Below are positions 1 through 12,992 of a stretch of DNA of 64,000 bases, piece by piece. Under the pieces are notes generated by a model. It did no database searches, had not been told where the DNA came from, and saw only the letters and a list, made by a program, of their open reading frames with translations. The number at the start of each line of letters is the position of its first letter. The stretch's first letter is position 1. The DNA comes from Auanema rhodensis (lineage: Eukaryota > Animalia > Nematoda). The position numbers were made by a program, and so were the translations under genes. The DNA is taken from assembly GCA_964057225.1 (NCBI GenBank), contig OZ059900.1, positions 5,642,001-5,706,000 of the forward strand. Direction: 5' to 3'.

Positions 1-3000
1 CCATTAATTTAAACTGATTGCACTTAAAAGTTTTAATTCCAACGGTTTTGTTGAAATTTTTAACTTCTCTCTCAAAGCTATATCATATTTTATGATTCAA
101 ACCCTATTCGCTTCATTTTTTGCTGCCCCTTATTGTCGGCAGGTCTGCAATGCGCATTTTTCATTCTTCTAATACCACGTTTTCAAAACGACTTTTGCCT
201 TTTTGTGTTTATATGTATATATATGTATTTGATTGTATGCTATCTGCTTCAAGAAAATTGAAAGTGAAATCTTCGGAAGAAATAGCTTTTGTCTAGTAAA
301 GAAAAAGAAAAAGAAAGACAGAGAAATATTTGGTAATTCTGAAAGAGCTGAGTAGATAAAAGTGTAGAGAAATGAGATGAGTTCCAAGAATAGTCAGACA
401 AGAAGAGAAAGAACAGCGAGTTTTGAAGATAACAGTAACTGTGAAGCAAGTTTTTTTTGAAGAGCAGAGGGGGGGGGTATCAATATTTTTAAAAAAGTTC
501 ACATTCGTATACACTAGATAAAATACTAAAATAGATTATAATCAAATGAGAATGAAAAAAGAGAGTATAAGGGTGCAAAGAAAGCAATAGCTCAGTGCGA
601 CAATTATGAGATGGATTAGAAATCAGCTGTTTGCGTTTAAATGCTCTCAACCGTTTTTGTTATTTTCGCCTTTACTTTTTTCACGTACGGTGTGTTCGCA
701 TTGTTAAATTATCACGACTCAACATATAACATACCAAATATTACAATTTGATAACTGAAAACCAACTCCAAGATGTTTCTTATCTAATCTTTATTACTCC
801 TACTAAAAAAAAACATGATATTGACTGAAAACTTGAAAAAATTCCAGGCCGGATTGAGAATGACGTTTTAAGTAATCAATGACGTATATTCTATAACAGG
901 TATTTCATCACTATTTTCTGTAGTATATTGTGTTTTGGAGGTTCTTATCTCAAAGTAACAATCAGCTGATCTATACAAAATTACTTTATAGAATATACGG
1001 ACTTATCATACAAAGAATAAATGATACCGAATGTTAACGAACTTATGTTCAATTCATTTGATCAATCATATTGATCTTATTTTTTTCTGTTTTGAAGAAA
1101 GTGTTGAAACCTTTCAAAATTTGTAAGAAAATTGTTCAGCATAGATTTTAAATCAGTTTTAATTTATATTTCTTGAAGTTCAAATCGATAGAAATCACCA
1201 AGTAACATAATCAGTTAGATATCTCTCTAGTCTTATGATCAGTATACGTTGTACTCAAACAAGTGCTGATTCACGTTATATCAGTTGATCACACATGACA
1301 ATAAGGGCGTGCAACTTTTTGTATTCTAAATATTCCATATTTTTCTAATTTCCATGGATTCGATTCCTCTTCTACATTAGCATACAAGTCTTCTTGTCAA
1401 CATGACAGAATAAATGCATTTTAACTCCTATAATTCAGCCAACATTTAATTTAGGGTTACATGTGCAACAACCGCACATCCCTCCTCAAACCATGAAGAT
1501 ATTGTTGAGGCAACACATAATAGCTACTTGACTTTTGAATGTGATGTGGATGAAAAAAAGGCTGCAAAACTAAGAAATCAAAAATGGTTGATCGATTGAG
1601 TCTAACGTTGAAATATAAATGCATGTATTTACTTGTATTCTTTATAGTTTTAAGGTTACGGCTTGTTATTAGGATCCTAACGAGCAAGATTTTTGAACCT
1701 ATCAATCAATAGCTACTTTAAAAAAAACTGTCATATACCTTTTTAATAAAAAATACCTTTTTCCAGCTTCATAGTTTTAAACTATAAAATGATATTTTTG
1801 TATTGATTTACTGTGTTGAGCAAAAAATGTTAGAGCACTTGTTAACGAAGGTTAGAATCAAAAAAAAAATTTTTTTCCAATTATCAGAAAAATATAAGCT
1901 GCTTTCACTCCTCTCAATATTGAGATGAATTAATGATACAATTGCACCGTTACGTGTATACTTCAAGCAGTGATTTATCAATAAGCGCTGCTGTAATGCC
2001 TGGCTTGGGTTTGTTATGTTTTCAGCTGATTGACATGCACCATGCTCAATCTACTACCAAGCAATATACCGATTCCGTCTTTTCACCTTAATAACCCTAA
2101 TCGCTTGCTCATCTCACTATCTCTCAGTTTTACGGTAAAATTTTTCGTTGTTCTCTAATCGTTTCTCTGTTTCTTCTTTCTCTTGGCCGAGTTCTCTTAC
2201 TCTATTATTCTGTTATTTCAATCTGCGCCTAGCTGGCTGAATATATTTACAGAAGAGACACTGGTTATGAGAGACCAATTTACCAACTCTCAAGTTTTGT
2301 GGTTAACTTCTGTGAGCAATCGAGACATGAATCATCTACTATATGTTGATCCACGAAACGTTTGGTTCATTACAAATTTTGCTTATTCGTAAAACAAATT
2401 GCAGTTTTTTTTTAAATTAAATCAGAGTACATGAACACTCTTTTGAATGATAGGGGTTGATCTTAATTATTTTTCAATAATAGATTGATATCTATTCACC
2501 AAAAAACTAAAAATTCACAAAATATTTACGTATATTATGTTTTAATTGTTCTCTATAAACTATCAGATTTATTATAACTTATTCATTAATATGAATTAAC
2601 TCAATTAAAATATGTTTAAGTTAACTATTTTTTCTTTACCACTTTTTGTTTTATGATATTCGTTGTATTACTAATCAATCCTTGATATTTCAAAGCTTAT
2701 TGAGCAATCAAATGCTCTGCCATTTGTTTGAACGTTTTTAGCGTTTTGCTAACTCAGCTGTTAGTGAGCGACGGAAAGAAGGCAAAAAAAAACACGCGCA
2801 CAGACATACACTGAGTTTCATCCAAAAAACCAGCAATGGCGCAAAGCTGTTGGTAAAATGAGAAGCACTTTTTCATTTACCAGTTGTAATTAAATTAAAG
2901 CAAACATAGCTTATAGTTGATTTTTACTTCATATAAAGAAATGTCAGATGTTCAAAACGCAGATCTATATAAATTATATGCATATACTAGTACTTTAATA

Positions 3001-3468
3001 TTTGAGGAAAAAAAACGAATTGTTTCAAATCCTTTCAAGTACTAAATTACATATCCGTTTTTAATGACCAATAGAAACGTTCGATTTAAAAGTAATATGA
3101 GCACAGTACAATTGATAGTCTGCCCGTCTCTCTCGATATTGCTGAAACAATTAAAAGAAAGTCGTGAAAAAATGGAATCATATTAAAAGCCGCAAACTGA
3201 TGCAGATACACATCTGATGAATTTTGTGTGATCCAGTAATTTTGGATTCTACAGCGCAAATCTTTCCTCTTTTTATTTTTTATCTGAGAATCCGCTATTT
3301 CGTATCGTCGAATTTTTCTGTAATATTATATGATTCTCGAGATTATACTATATTTTGTTATTCTCAGAGTTGCTATCTCACAACATTTTTCATTTTGTTA
3401 TTATATATCTTAATGTGACTGTATTTTTTTAGTAATTAAGATAGTCTTTAAACCACTACATATTACAG

Positions 3469-3591
3469 GTCCCATCTAGGGGGACTAGCATGGGCACTCC
3501 CAGCTATTGCTAGGTAATTTTGAAAATCAATACAGTATTGTTATATTCGGTGTTGGCAGTTCAGGATTTGCTTCATGTTAGCAAAAATCAG
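3469..3591 (+). other. Two putative non-coding 5'UTR exons (3469-3513 and ~3560-3591) of the Capicua-N gene, containing uORFs
   Basis: tattacag|...tag|gtaatt and ggcag/ttcag|...atcag|gtatc splice signals. No open frame links the first exon to the main CDS. Confidence 0.45.
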
Positions 3592-3779
3592 GTATCAGCC
3601 ATTTTCTTCTTTTACTTTAAGCCAATATCAATTGATAACTTTCAGTTAAAAATTTTTATTATGGAGATGGAAAATAATGAACTTAGTCACCGATTCAGTG
3701 ATACTACTGATCAGTTATCAGTACTTTAACTTTTGTAACAAATACTAACTAACTTGTATTTCAGACTGCTGATATTGAA

Positions 3780-6090
3780 ATGACGTCAGCAGAGACACTT
3801 ACGATAGATGCTGAGATGCCTTCATCTGCAGATATTGGTAATAACTAGGCTAAACAAAATAATTAAAAAACGGAGGAAATGAAATATTTTTAATTAGATA
3901 TGATGAATTTTAATAGTTAAATATTATATACGTAAGCATACGTATTAGAATTTTAATTTGTGTATTTTACACATCTACGTACAATTACAATCAAATCAAA
4001 TTAATAAATTTTTAATATTAATATATTAATTTTGATCAAAGCTCATTAGATTAAAACAGTTTTTTACTGTATATTTAAAATTAAGAGAACAAAGTTATTT
4101 TCTTTAAATTATTAATTGAAGGTTTTTGTGAGAAAACTACGTTTTTCAGAAAACAATGAGGTACCCGATTCTCCAACTACAACTGAAAAGATAGAGAACG
4201 TTTCCTCATTATTATCTATTAATAATAAAGGTAAGCTTCTTAGCTTATTTTCTTTTGTTTTATCAGGAGTAGTTTTCTTTTCAGATGTAGCACCAGTTCT
4301 TAATTTATCTGATTGGATTGGTGTGCGCGTCCTGTTAAGAACTAAGGCTGGACATTATGTTCCAGGCTTTATCAAAAATACGTTAGTTGATTCCGGCGTT
4401 ATTGTAAGAGTCAGTTTAAATTTTGTATGGATTTAGCTAAAATTTAAAACTTTAGTTAGAAGGTGGAGAAGATCAAGCTGTGCAAGATGTTACTGCTGAT
4501 GCTAATTATTTGGATATAATTACTGATAGCGTATCGCCATTAGAAAATGTAGGATTGATTATAATTTTACAAAAAATACAGTTGTTTAACAGATCAAACC
4601 ACAAATGTTGGTTTGTGTACAAACATCACGCAATATTTGGCAACCTTCTACTATATTGCAATGCAATGGATTACCGCCTCGATTTCAGGTTTCCTAGTTA
4701 TCGCTGTTACAGTAGCTGATAATTTATTTCAGGTGGTGTTGAATATTAACAAAGAGTGTATGTTCTATCCAAGATCCAAGGTTCGATTAATGCTTCCTCC
4801 ATGGCATGATGAATTTCAACTTGTGCTTCAGAAGCAAAATATGAAAATGTTTGATTTTGATGTTGTTACATGTTAATACTATTATTTTAGCACGGCGGAT
4901 TCTTCTTCTTGCACTTCTTCATTATTAACACAAGAGAATATAGCGAATTGTACTGATGAAGGGAAAAGTTTAAGTAGAACTTTGCAAAAGTCTTTTAAAG
5001 GCGAGATTGATGATTCATCAATGAACGCTCCATCTACTACGGGAATTGATATCTCTTCAAGATTCAATTCAGTAGCTAGCACAAAAATTGTCAATGGCTC
5101 TGCTGTGCTTGGTCATGTAACCTCTTCTTCATCAATATGTTTACCTGCAACAATGGATTCCTGTGTGCCAGAACAATCCCGCCCTCTAATTCCTGTACAC
5201 CCTTCACCTATTAGGCCCGCGGTCGTTCATCCTTTGATGCCATTTGCTTCTGGAGCACAGCTTGGGAATCAATTCTCTTTCAATCTACCATTAAACAATG
5301 CTATGATGCTATATTTTCAACAACAGCAACAACAACGACAACAACAGCAACCTCAACAACAACCGCAGCAACAACATCGCCAACAGAATCCCCAACAGCA
5401 CAAAGATTCTACCGGATCTTGTCGACAAAGTGATAGAGAAGAGCAAAATTTACCATATTCTCTTAAAAGACCTGAAGAAAGTTTAAGGTACATGAAGCAT
5501 TTTTCATTTATTTTCATCATAGTTGCTTATTTTAGTACACCTATGAGGCCAGAAAGTGTGAATGGAGCACGAAAATCTGCATCTATTGACTCAGAAGAAG
5601 ATAGTCAGGTAAATGTTTGAGATACATTTCACATATTTTGAGATTTGTTTCAGTTTCTCCAGGGATGCTTGCAGAAGCATCAAAAAGGCGAAATTGTCAC
5701 TACTCCTGGTGGAATTCGGAAAAAATTCAATGGAAAACAATGGAGACGTTTGTGCTCGAAGGAAGGTTGTAATAAGGTCAATTTATTGAAATTTTGTATA
5801 AACTAATTTGAAAATTTCTATTTTAGGAATCACAGAGGCGTGGATTTTGTTCTCGCCATTTATCCTTGAAAAGTAAGATTCAAGAGCAAAATGGTGAAGC
5901 AGCTACAACTGTGCGATCTCATGATTTGAATAAAGGTATTTTATCAAAAAGTCAAATTATGTACTGATTTGATTATTCAGAGTCTCCTCTTCAGATGGTG
6001 GAGCGACTCATAAATCTCTACAATGCATCTAGCAATAACAAAGCACCATTCAACATAGTTGGCTCATCGCCTTCTTTGGAATTACAATAA
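3780..6090 (+). CDS. cic: Capicua long-isoform (CIC-L) N-terminal domain protein, ~11 exons, with a poly-Q tract and no HMG box
   Basis: Spliced translation gives [46 protein letters not shown] and [46 protein letters not shown], which are CIC-L N-terminal motifs. ATG at 3780; last exon 5981-6090 ends in TAA. Confidence 0.85.
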
Positions 6091-7461
6091 TACACAAGTA
6101 TTTGTGTATTATATTAGTCTGTATAATTTATGAGTGAGATTTTATTGACATTACCTATCGTTTGCTGAGCAACACAAGTAAAGTTTTCGTATTCGCTCTA
6201 GAATATAGAATAATGTAATTATGAAAATATTTTTGTTATTTTTGAGCTTTTTTGTTTTTTTTTCGGCTTTTGTCGCGTCCATGGCTCTCTTCTTGAACTT
6301 GTATTAAAGTAATCTCAGATCAACATTTTAATCTTGTTCTTGAGATCATATATTTCTTCTTTATAATTCCATGGAACTCTCTGTAGAATTTGTTATATAT
6401 ATACCTATATGTATGCATATATAATTTTATATTTTTTACATACATAGATATACATATTTTATTTATTTCTAACCAAAACACTGCATTCTCTCAAACCAAT
6501 TTTTGCTCTTTGTCAAATGGGTTCATTTTTTGTTCTCTCTCATTTCTTTGCCTTTTTCATGAAGTGAACAGCATCCTTATTTTGTGCTTTTTAAGATTAA
6601 CAGGTTCTAAACACCTGACTCCACGAGCCAGCTCATTTCCAAAATTCCTTTTCTATGTACGCTTCTCTGTGTGCGCTTTTTTAACTTTAAAACAAATTTT
6701 CTCATAAAGTTCCTCATCGCTTCACAATAACGAGAAATGTTTATGTAATATATGACTTTTTTTAACTGTGCATGTAATTAAAAACATTCTCTTCATTCTC
6801 ATTTAGATATTTTGATCGATTTGCTGAATATTTTTCTACTTATTCATTGGTCTAATAATTGTTAGCTTAACACATCATTAAGCTTGTCATTTTTTTCAAC
6901 GCCCGCACAGAATATAATTTAGTTGAATCATATATATGATATATGATACAGTATAAAAGAAATGCCATATCTTATTTAAACTTTTATTTTTGCTTTTTCT
7001 TGTTTTATTTTACTTCTGTATTCATAGTTCAGACAACTTCAATATTAGATAAAATGGAAATTAGAAAACTAAAGCAAATATACAGCTGTGATCTATTATA
7101 TGCTTTGCCAAAAGAATATTTGTGAAATCGTTTTAATTTATCTTCAATTCTTGATATTGTTAATTAACCATGATAAAATATGTAATAAATGAAACCAAGT
7201 CTAATTTGAAAAGTTTGTATTTCCCATTTCATTGTGCTTTTATTCTTACAGAGGACTTAATAAATTTTGAACTATAAAGATGTCTTTCATTATATATATT
7301 TATTTATTATATCATATAAATAAGAGAGAACTCTTATACAATTCATATCTATACAATTAATTAAAACAAAGTATAGCTTTCAAGCAAGATAAAAACATTA
7401 TAAAGCAAAGTAATATGCATTCAATTCAATATTCTGAGTAGCAAAAATGTTATCTTAATTT

Positions 7462-8660
7462 TCATTTGCGAAGACAAAGTCTAATCTTCTTGATTTTATG
7501 TTCTCTTTCAAAGTTCTCATATGTTTCACGAACACAACAATTGACAGCCATCTCAATGATAACTTCAGTGACATGTTTGTTTTCTTTCAATTTATTGAGA
7601 ACTAATTTGAATTTACTGAAAAGTGACCAATAATTATTTTGTTTTTTTAATAAGAAGAAAACTAACTCTTTGTTATCAAGCACTGCACTTTTGATGGATA
7701 AATGAATTGTTCGAGCTTGTTGTTTATCCAACATCATTTCAGTTACTTTTCCGTGTGATTTAGGAAGAGCATTAAAGTTAATTTTAAGATAACGCATGCT
7801 ATAGTTTTCACCGATCTTTCTTAAATCATTGGGTATAGCTTTCCTTAAAAATAAGAATCAGAGGCTAGTTTATTTTGTGAATTTGTTTTGAAATATGCAC
7901 TTACTTTTTTGGAGTAATATGAAATCGTCCTGGTTCCACAATATCAATTTGCCTAATGCATTCACCGGAATGCATTACTATCACTGCCTCCGTAAACTTT
8001 TTCTTCAAATAGGCACGATGCTGACTGTATATAACAAAGTAAGTAATACGATATTACTATATTTCACGGACTCAACAAACATATACCATGATTTGCATAC
8101 CGCCGAGCAGTTTTGAACATCACTGTGTTCTAATCTCTTGAAAATATTTTCGAGAATCTCAGGTGGAAGAGTGTCATATCTGTAAGAAATTATGATATTT
8201 TTGTTAAATTATATTGCTAGGGTATTTTAAACTTATTATTCAGGGCTTTTGTAATTTTTTATTGAATTATTCTCAATTATCATTTCAATTATCAAAATTT
8301 TCTATTTTTAGAATAATTCTTAATTAATATCATGAATTACTAAAAACATTACACAATAGAGCTCTAAAAAAAAAATTGATAATAACGTCATTGCTTAATG
8401 AACTCCCAAGAAAACAATTTGTTATGATTTTTGTTAGATATATTAGAAAACAATAACCTGCCAAATACAGGTTCATCACTAGTAATCGTCTTGGAATATG
8501 TTTTGCTTATTTTCTCATCTTTCTGCGTTTCTCGATTGATTCTTTGAAATCGTTCGAATCCGTCCGATTCTTTAGAGATAGCAATGAAAGAACCAAACAG
8601 TTTATCCGGTACTACATTGCCTGCTAACCGTTTGAGATAGTCAGCGGCTGAACAAAGCAT
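7462..8660 (-). CDS. F-box protein, 4 exons (8660-8458, ~8180-8072, ~8026-7902, ~7845-7462)
   Basis: In-phase GT-AG splicing gives ...DEPVFGRYDTLPPEILENIFKRLEHSDVQNCSAVCKSWYMFV..., an F-box consensus (LPxEIL..IF..L....V...S.VCK.W). The model joins ORFs 8388-8738 and 7462-7797. Confidence 0.8.
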
Positions 8661-10449
8661 TAGTGGAAAAATACTATACCTTGTAGTATAAAAAGTAAAG
8701 TAGTTTATCTGGAAAGATATACTGATGATTTTGCACAATCATAGAAACATTTAGAAAAAAATGAATGGTATAGTTTAGATTTGTGGACAAGCCATACGTT
8801 CAATGAAATAAAATAAAAACTATTATGCGTTATAATATAATAAACTGTACATTTTGAGAATAAAAAAAACATTCAAATTAGAGATAAATATTGATTATCA
8901 ATAGAAAGCAGAAATTATTTTTAATACACATCAGAGATATTGTATATTTTCATCAGAATATTATCATAATCATTATGTTTTATTGAGTAACGTTCATCAG
9001 AAAATGATTCGAGAATGATGAAAAATTAAAGAACTATATCATAGCGTAACATTAAAAGCAGTACGAAACAACTACCTCCCATTTAAGCTTCTTTAGTTTA
9101 GTCATCTATATAATCAAAAACTGACATCACACTATTTAAGCGAAATAATATTAGATTTAGCTTATTTAAAAGATATTCAAGATTGTCGTAAAAAGACATT
9201 AGCTTTAAAAAAGCTAATACTAGATCACAAAAATAAAATTAAAGATTATTTTAAGACAATTTGAGAGCATTTTATTAGGTTAAAAAAGTCCCAATTACTC
9301 AAATGTTATGTGAAGAAAAAATAACAAAAGGATTTTAATCATTTAACGCAAGCTTATTTGTTTAACAATATTTATTGTTTTCAATAAGTACACATTGAAT
9401 ACTACAGATTAGAAAGAAATAATTGTTGTTTTATTCACTTCTTGATGAAAATCAAGATGTATAAATCAAGGCTGGTAGTTAAGAAGTGAAATATGTCAGA
9501 AAAAAAACGTATGAAAAAGAAGAAAGTTGATGGAATCGTTGTTCGAAGGCAGAATAAGATGAGTATAATCTAAGAACAATAAGTGTGCCGAACATTGTTT
9601 AAATTGACTTTTGAAAAATTGCTGAATAAAGTTGATTGAACTTTATAATAAAGTTTCAGGTAGCGTAGACCGGTCATGAGACACACTGAATCTGATTTTA
9701 AAAGTTTAACTGAAGTGAAAAAGTTGAAAGTAATAATACTTACTTAATCATTTTGTTTCCAACAAAAATACAACACTTATATAGTAAAACACAAACATAC
9801 TAAACAAAAAAAAATATACAAAACAAATCAGACTTTTAGTTAGTTTTTCATTGGTAAGCTGTGTAATAAGGACTGGTTCCAAGAAGACTATGCTAATAAC
9901 ACTGGATATATAGAAAAAAAGTTTATTTTTTAAGGTAATTATGCTACGATAATTTAATCTCAATACTTTTTTATTAAATGTAATTGAAAGTATATAGTGA
10001 AATCAAACCAATAAAAAGAATAACTTGGTGGCTTTTAAATAAGTTTTTTAGGAATTCATTTTTTCTCAAAGAATTAAGAATGACACTTATTATTTTCAGA
10101 TTTTTTTTCTGAACAATAAGCTTTTATACTACTTCTTGATTATGTAAGAATTATAAAGATTAAATTATCTAATAGTCCTATTATCAATGTTTTAAAGAAG
10201 GAAGTTCAAAAAATCATAATCGAATTATATAGATAAATTTAATATACTGGTTATGAACTATGATATTTCTGACAATGAGTTAATTATCAAAATGGCCCCA
10301 TAACAATTAGTAAATTATAGGTTTTCACTGATATTTTTATATAAGATTGCTATATTCTCAGATATACATTTTAGGTTATATAGTTTATTTTTTATTAAAG
10401 TTCATGTCGATTTTAATTTTTTGCTCTTATCTTTCAATTTCCAAGAAAA

Positions 10450-12300
10450 ATGAATAATGATAATAAAATCAGATAATCAGTAACAGTTTCATCTAACAAC
10501 TCATATAATAATGACTCAGAAGCATATCAAGAAATCATTCAAAAATTTTCTGATAAAATACAACAAAAAAAAAAGTAATCAGATTGATGACTAATGAAAA
10601 ATATGGTAATTCATACTATCTGGAAAATACTGATATGAGACAGTTTGAAACAATATATGATTTATGTGACTCAAGAACAGTAAACTCAACAAATATAAAC
10701 AAAATGAATAAGTAAAAGATTTTCTCACTTTCGTGAAATCTGATTATAAAGAATATAGGATAGTGGGTGTGAAATACACGCTCATTTTTCTGATGTATTC
10801 TAATTGTAAGATGCAAAATATGAATGTTTTAAAGTACTACTAACTATTTTTTCAACTTTTCAATATTCGAATGTTCAATTAGTCGTATGAATTCAAGCGG
10901 AAGTTTGCATGGAATATAATGACCCACATCATCTTCTGATTTCCTAGAAATAAAAGTGGTCAAGTTTGTGAAAGCAATATAAATGATTTTCATTATTTGT
11001 AAAAAAACCAATTTTTAAAAAGTATTAATAAACATACATTTATATAAGTATTATTCCTATTAGTTGACAAGGTATTTCAAATCTTCTTATTTCTTTTATG
11101 CTTGTTTGACCAAACTGAAAGAACACCAACAATTTTTTTCTTATTTATCGCTTATCACATTTTTAGATCACTAGAAGGGTGCGAACTAAACGCACACGGA
11201 AGAAAATTCAGCAGATTCATCAATCAATGTGTAATCAATAAATAGTGGGAACGGAAAATTTCGTTTACAGAACATAAAAAACTGGAGGTTTTAAAACAAC
11301 GCCTTAGCCTTACATTGTACAGCAAAACAATTTAAGAATTTGAGAACAATTTCATGTTGAAACGTATATCAACATTTTCCGGTATGGTTTAAAATAGAAT
11401 CAATTTTTTTTCTCTTTGGAACAATTTTTAAACAAAGAGAGAAGCGACTTTCTTCAGAGTATTCTACCACCACTATCTGTCAATATGAGAAGTGTCAAAA
11501 AGTTTTGAAAAACGATATTAATAATAAGGTAAATCTAACGATTAGCACTTTAACCAATCTATTGATATAAGAATTAATTCAAACTCATGAGTTTGGCCAA
11601 ATCTTCAAAAAATAAAAATAAATTGAGAATTACTAATTGCATACGAGTTATAAAAAGCTCTTTGAAAAAATTGATCGACATTAGTAAGTTGATTAATACA
11701 TATTTCAAGCGTTTTAAAAAAGTTTTAAAACATATATTATAATATTCTAATATGAAACGTAACGATTTTGAGGGAACTCTGAAGTCAATACCTATAAATA
11801 GAAAGAACCATGAAGAAAACAAATACATTTTTCAAATTGACCTATCACCCAGTTGCTGTGCTATTATGTTTTACATTTAACAGAAAAACAACAACATTTT
11901 TTGAAATTTTTCTTGTATACAATAATCTTGCAGAAAACGTTTAGCCACACAGTTTCTTCACTTATATTAAATGATAGCATTTTTTTGCATTTCGAATGAT
12001 TATAAAAAGCTGCCGAAATTCTGCCCACGATAACTTTAATTACATTTTCTTGTTAATGAAGTTAACATCAGAACCATAAAAATAATACAATTATTAAATA
12101 TTTTGCTTCGATCTCTGAAACAGCGTTTCAAACTTAATGAAATCATCAGTTTTCATTTTTTTTAACAGTACTAAGAAATGTTTTTCATAGAAAATGATTC
12201 TACTAATTACAAATTCCTCATACCACAACTAAAGAAAAATATGGCCTTCTGAATGCAGAACATCGGAACCTAAAAAGTAGTATTCCCGTTAAGGATCAGT
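10450..12300 (+). pseudogene. Possible heavily decayed transposase (MULE-like)
   Basis: Intronless coding-like stretches broken by stops and frameshifts (e.g. KKLEVLKQRLSLTLYSKTI*EFENNF), with Cys/His patches near 10810-10930 and 11910-11950. No catalytic motif could be read with certainty. Confidence 0.25.
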
Positions 12301-12592
12301 AGAACAGAAAATCAGTGGTAGAATGCTTTATTAACGAATGATAGCAACATTAGCAATAAAACGAACGTCTACAGTCCGTTGGGGTTGAGTTGAAGAATAT
12401 TTGTTTTTCGATCTTAAAGATGACCGCACATTTGGAGAACAGCTTGAAATGGGCAAAAAAGATGAGAAGCGAAAAAAATTGAAAAAAAAACATAGAAAAA
12501 TAATCGCCGGCCGTGATACCGTCTATCAAAGTTTGCTCATATATTATTGATTTTTTGAAAAAACATTTAATAATATTCTATTGAATAGTATA

Positions 12593-12660
12593 GCATCTTG
12601 GTGTAGTTGATGTGTTCCAGGTAAGTGAAAAACTTTCATTGGTTCAAATCCTCCTTAAGA
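12593..12660 (+). promoter_or_regulatory. tRNA-like Pol III A/B-box module 1 at the arm end (mirror at 15093-15160, - strand)
   Basis: A-box-like TGGTGTAGTTG at 12599 and B box GGTTCAAATCC at 12641, with tRNA-like spacing. Confidence 0.55.
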
Positions 12661-12918
12661 AATTTATAAAAACAAAAAATCTTTCTCTCTCTGTAAATCT
12701 CTATCCTCATTTCATCTACCATAACTAAATCTAAATCTCTCTCCCCACTTGAACCTCGAAATATCTCTGAAAACTGAAATCTAACCTATGACTTATGATG
12801 CCAACTTTGAAAAACATGGAATTCAAGAAGAAGCTTGCAACCAGATTACTGACGATAACTTTTGAAATTTTTAACATCTTTTTCTCTTTAAATTGACAAA
12901 ACGACCTTACCTATTATG

Positions 12919-12992
12919 AGCAGGATGGCCTAACGGTACCCTGTATGGATTACAGATTAACTAACTGAGTTCAATACCTTTCTCTGTTTTTT
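12919..12992 (+). promoter_or_regulatory. tRNA-like Pol III module 2 with T6 terminator (mirror at 14761-14834, - strand)
   Basis: A box TGGCCTAACGG at 12926, hairpin CTGTA/TACAG, B-box-like GAGTTCAATACC at 12967, acceptor-like pairing GCAGGA/TCTCTGT, then TTTTTT. Confidence 0.55.

Noticed and set aside
8233-8283. Frameshifted first exon for the F-box gene
   Set aside because: The exon at 8660-8458 splices in phase to 8180 without needing a frameshift.
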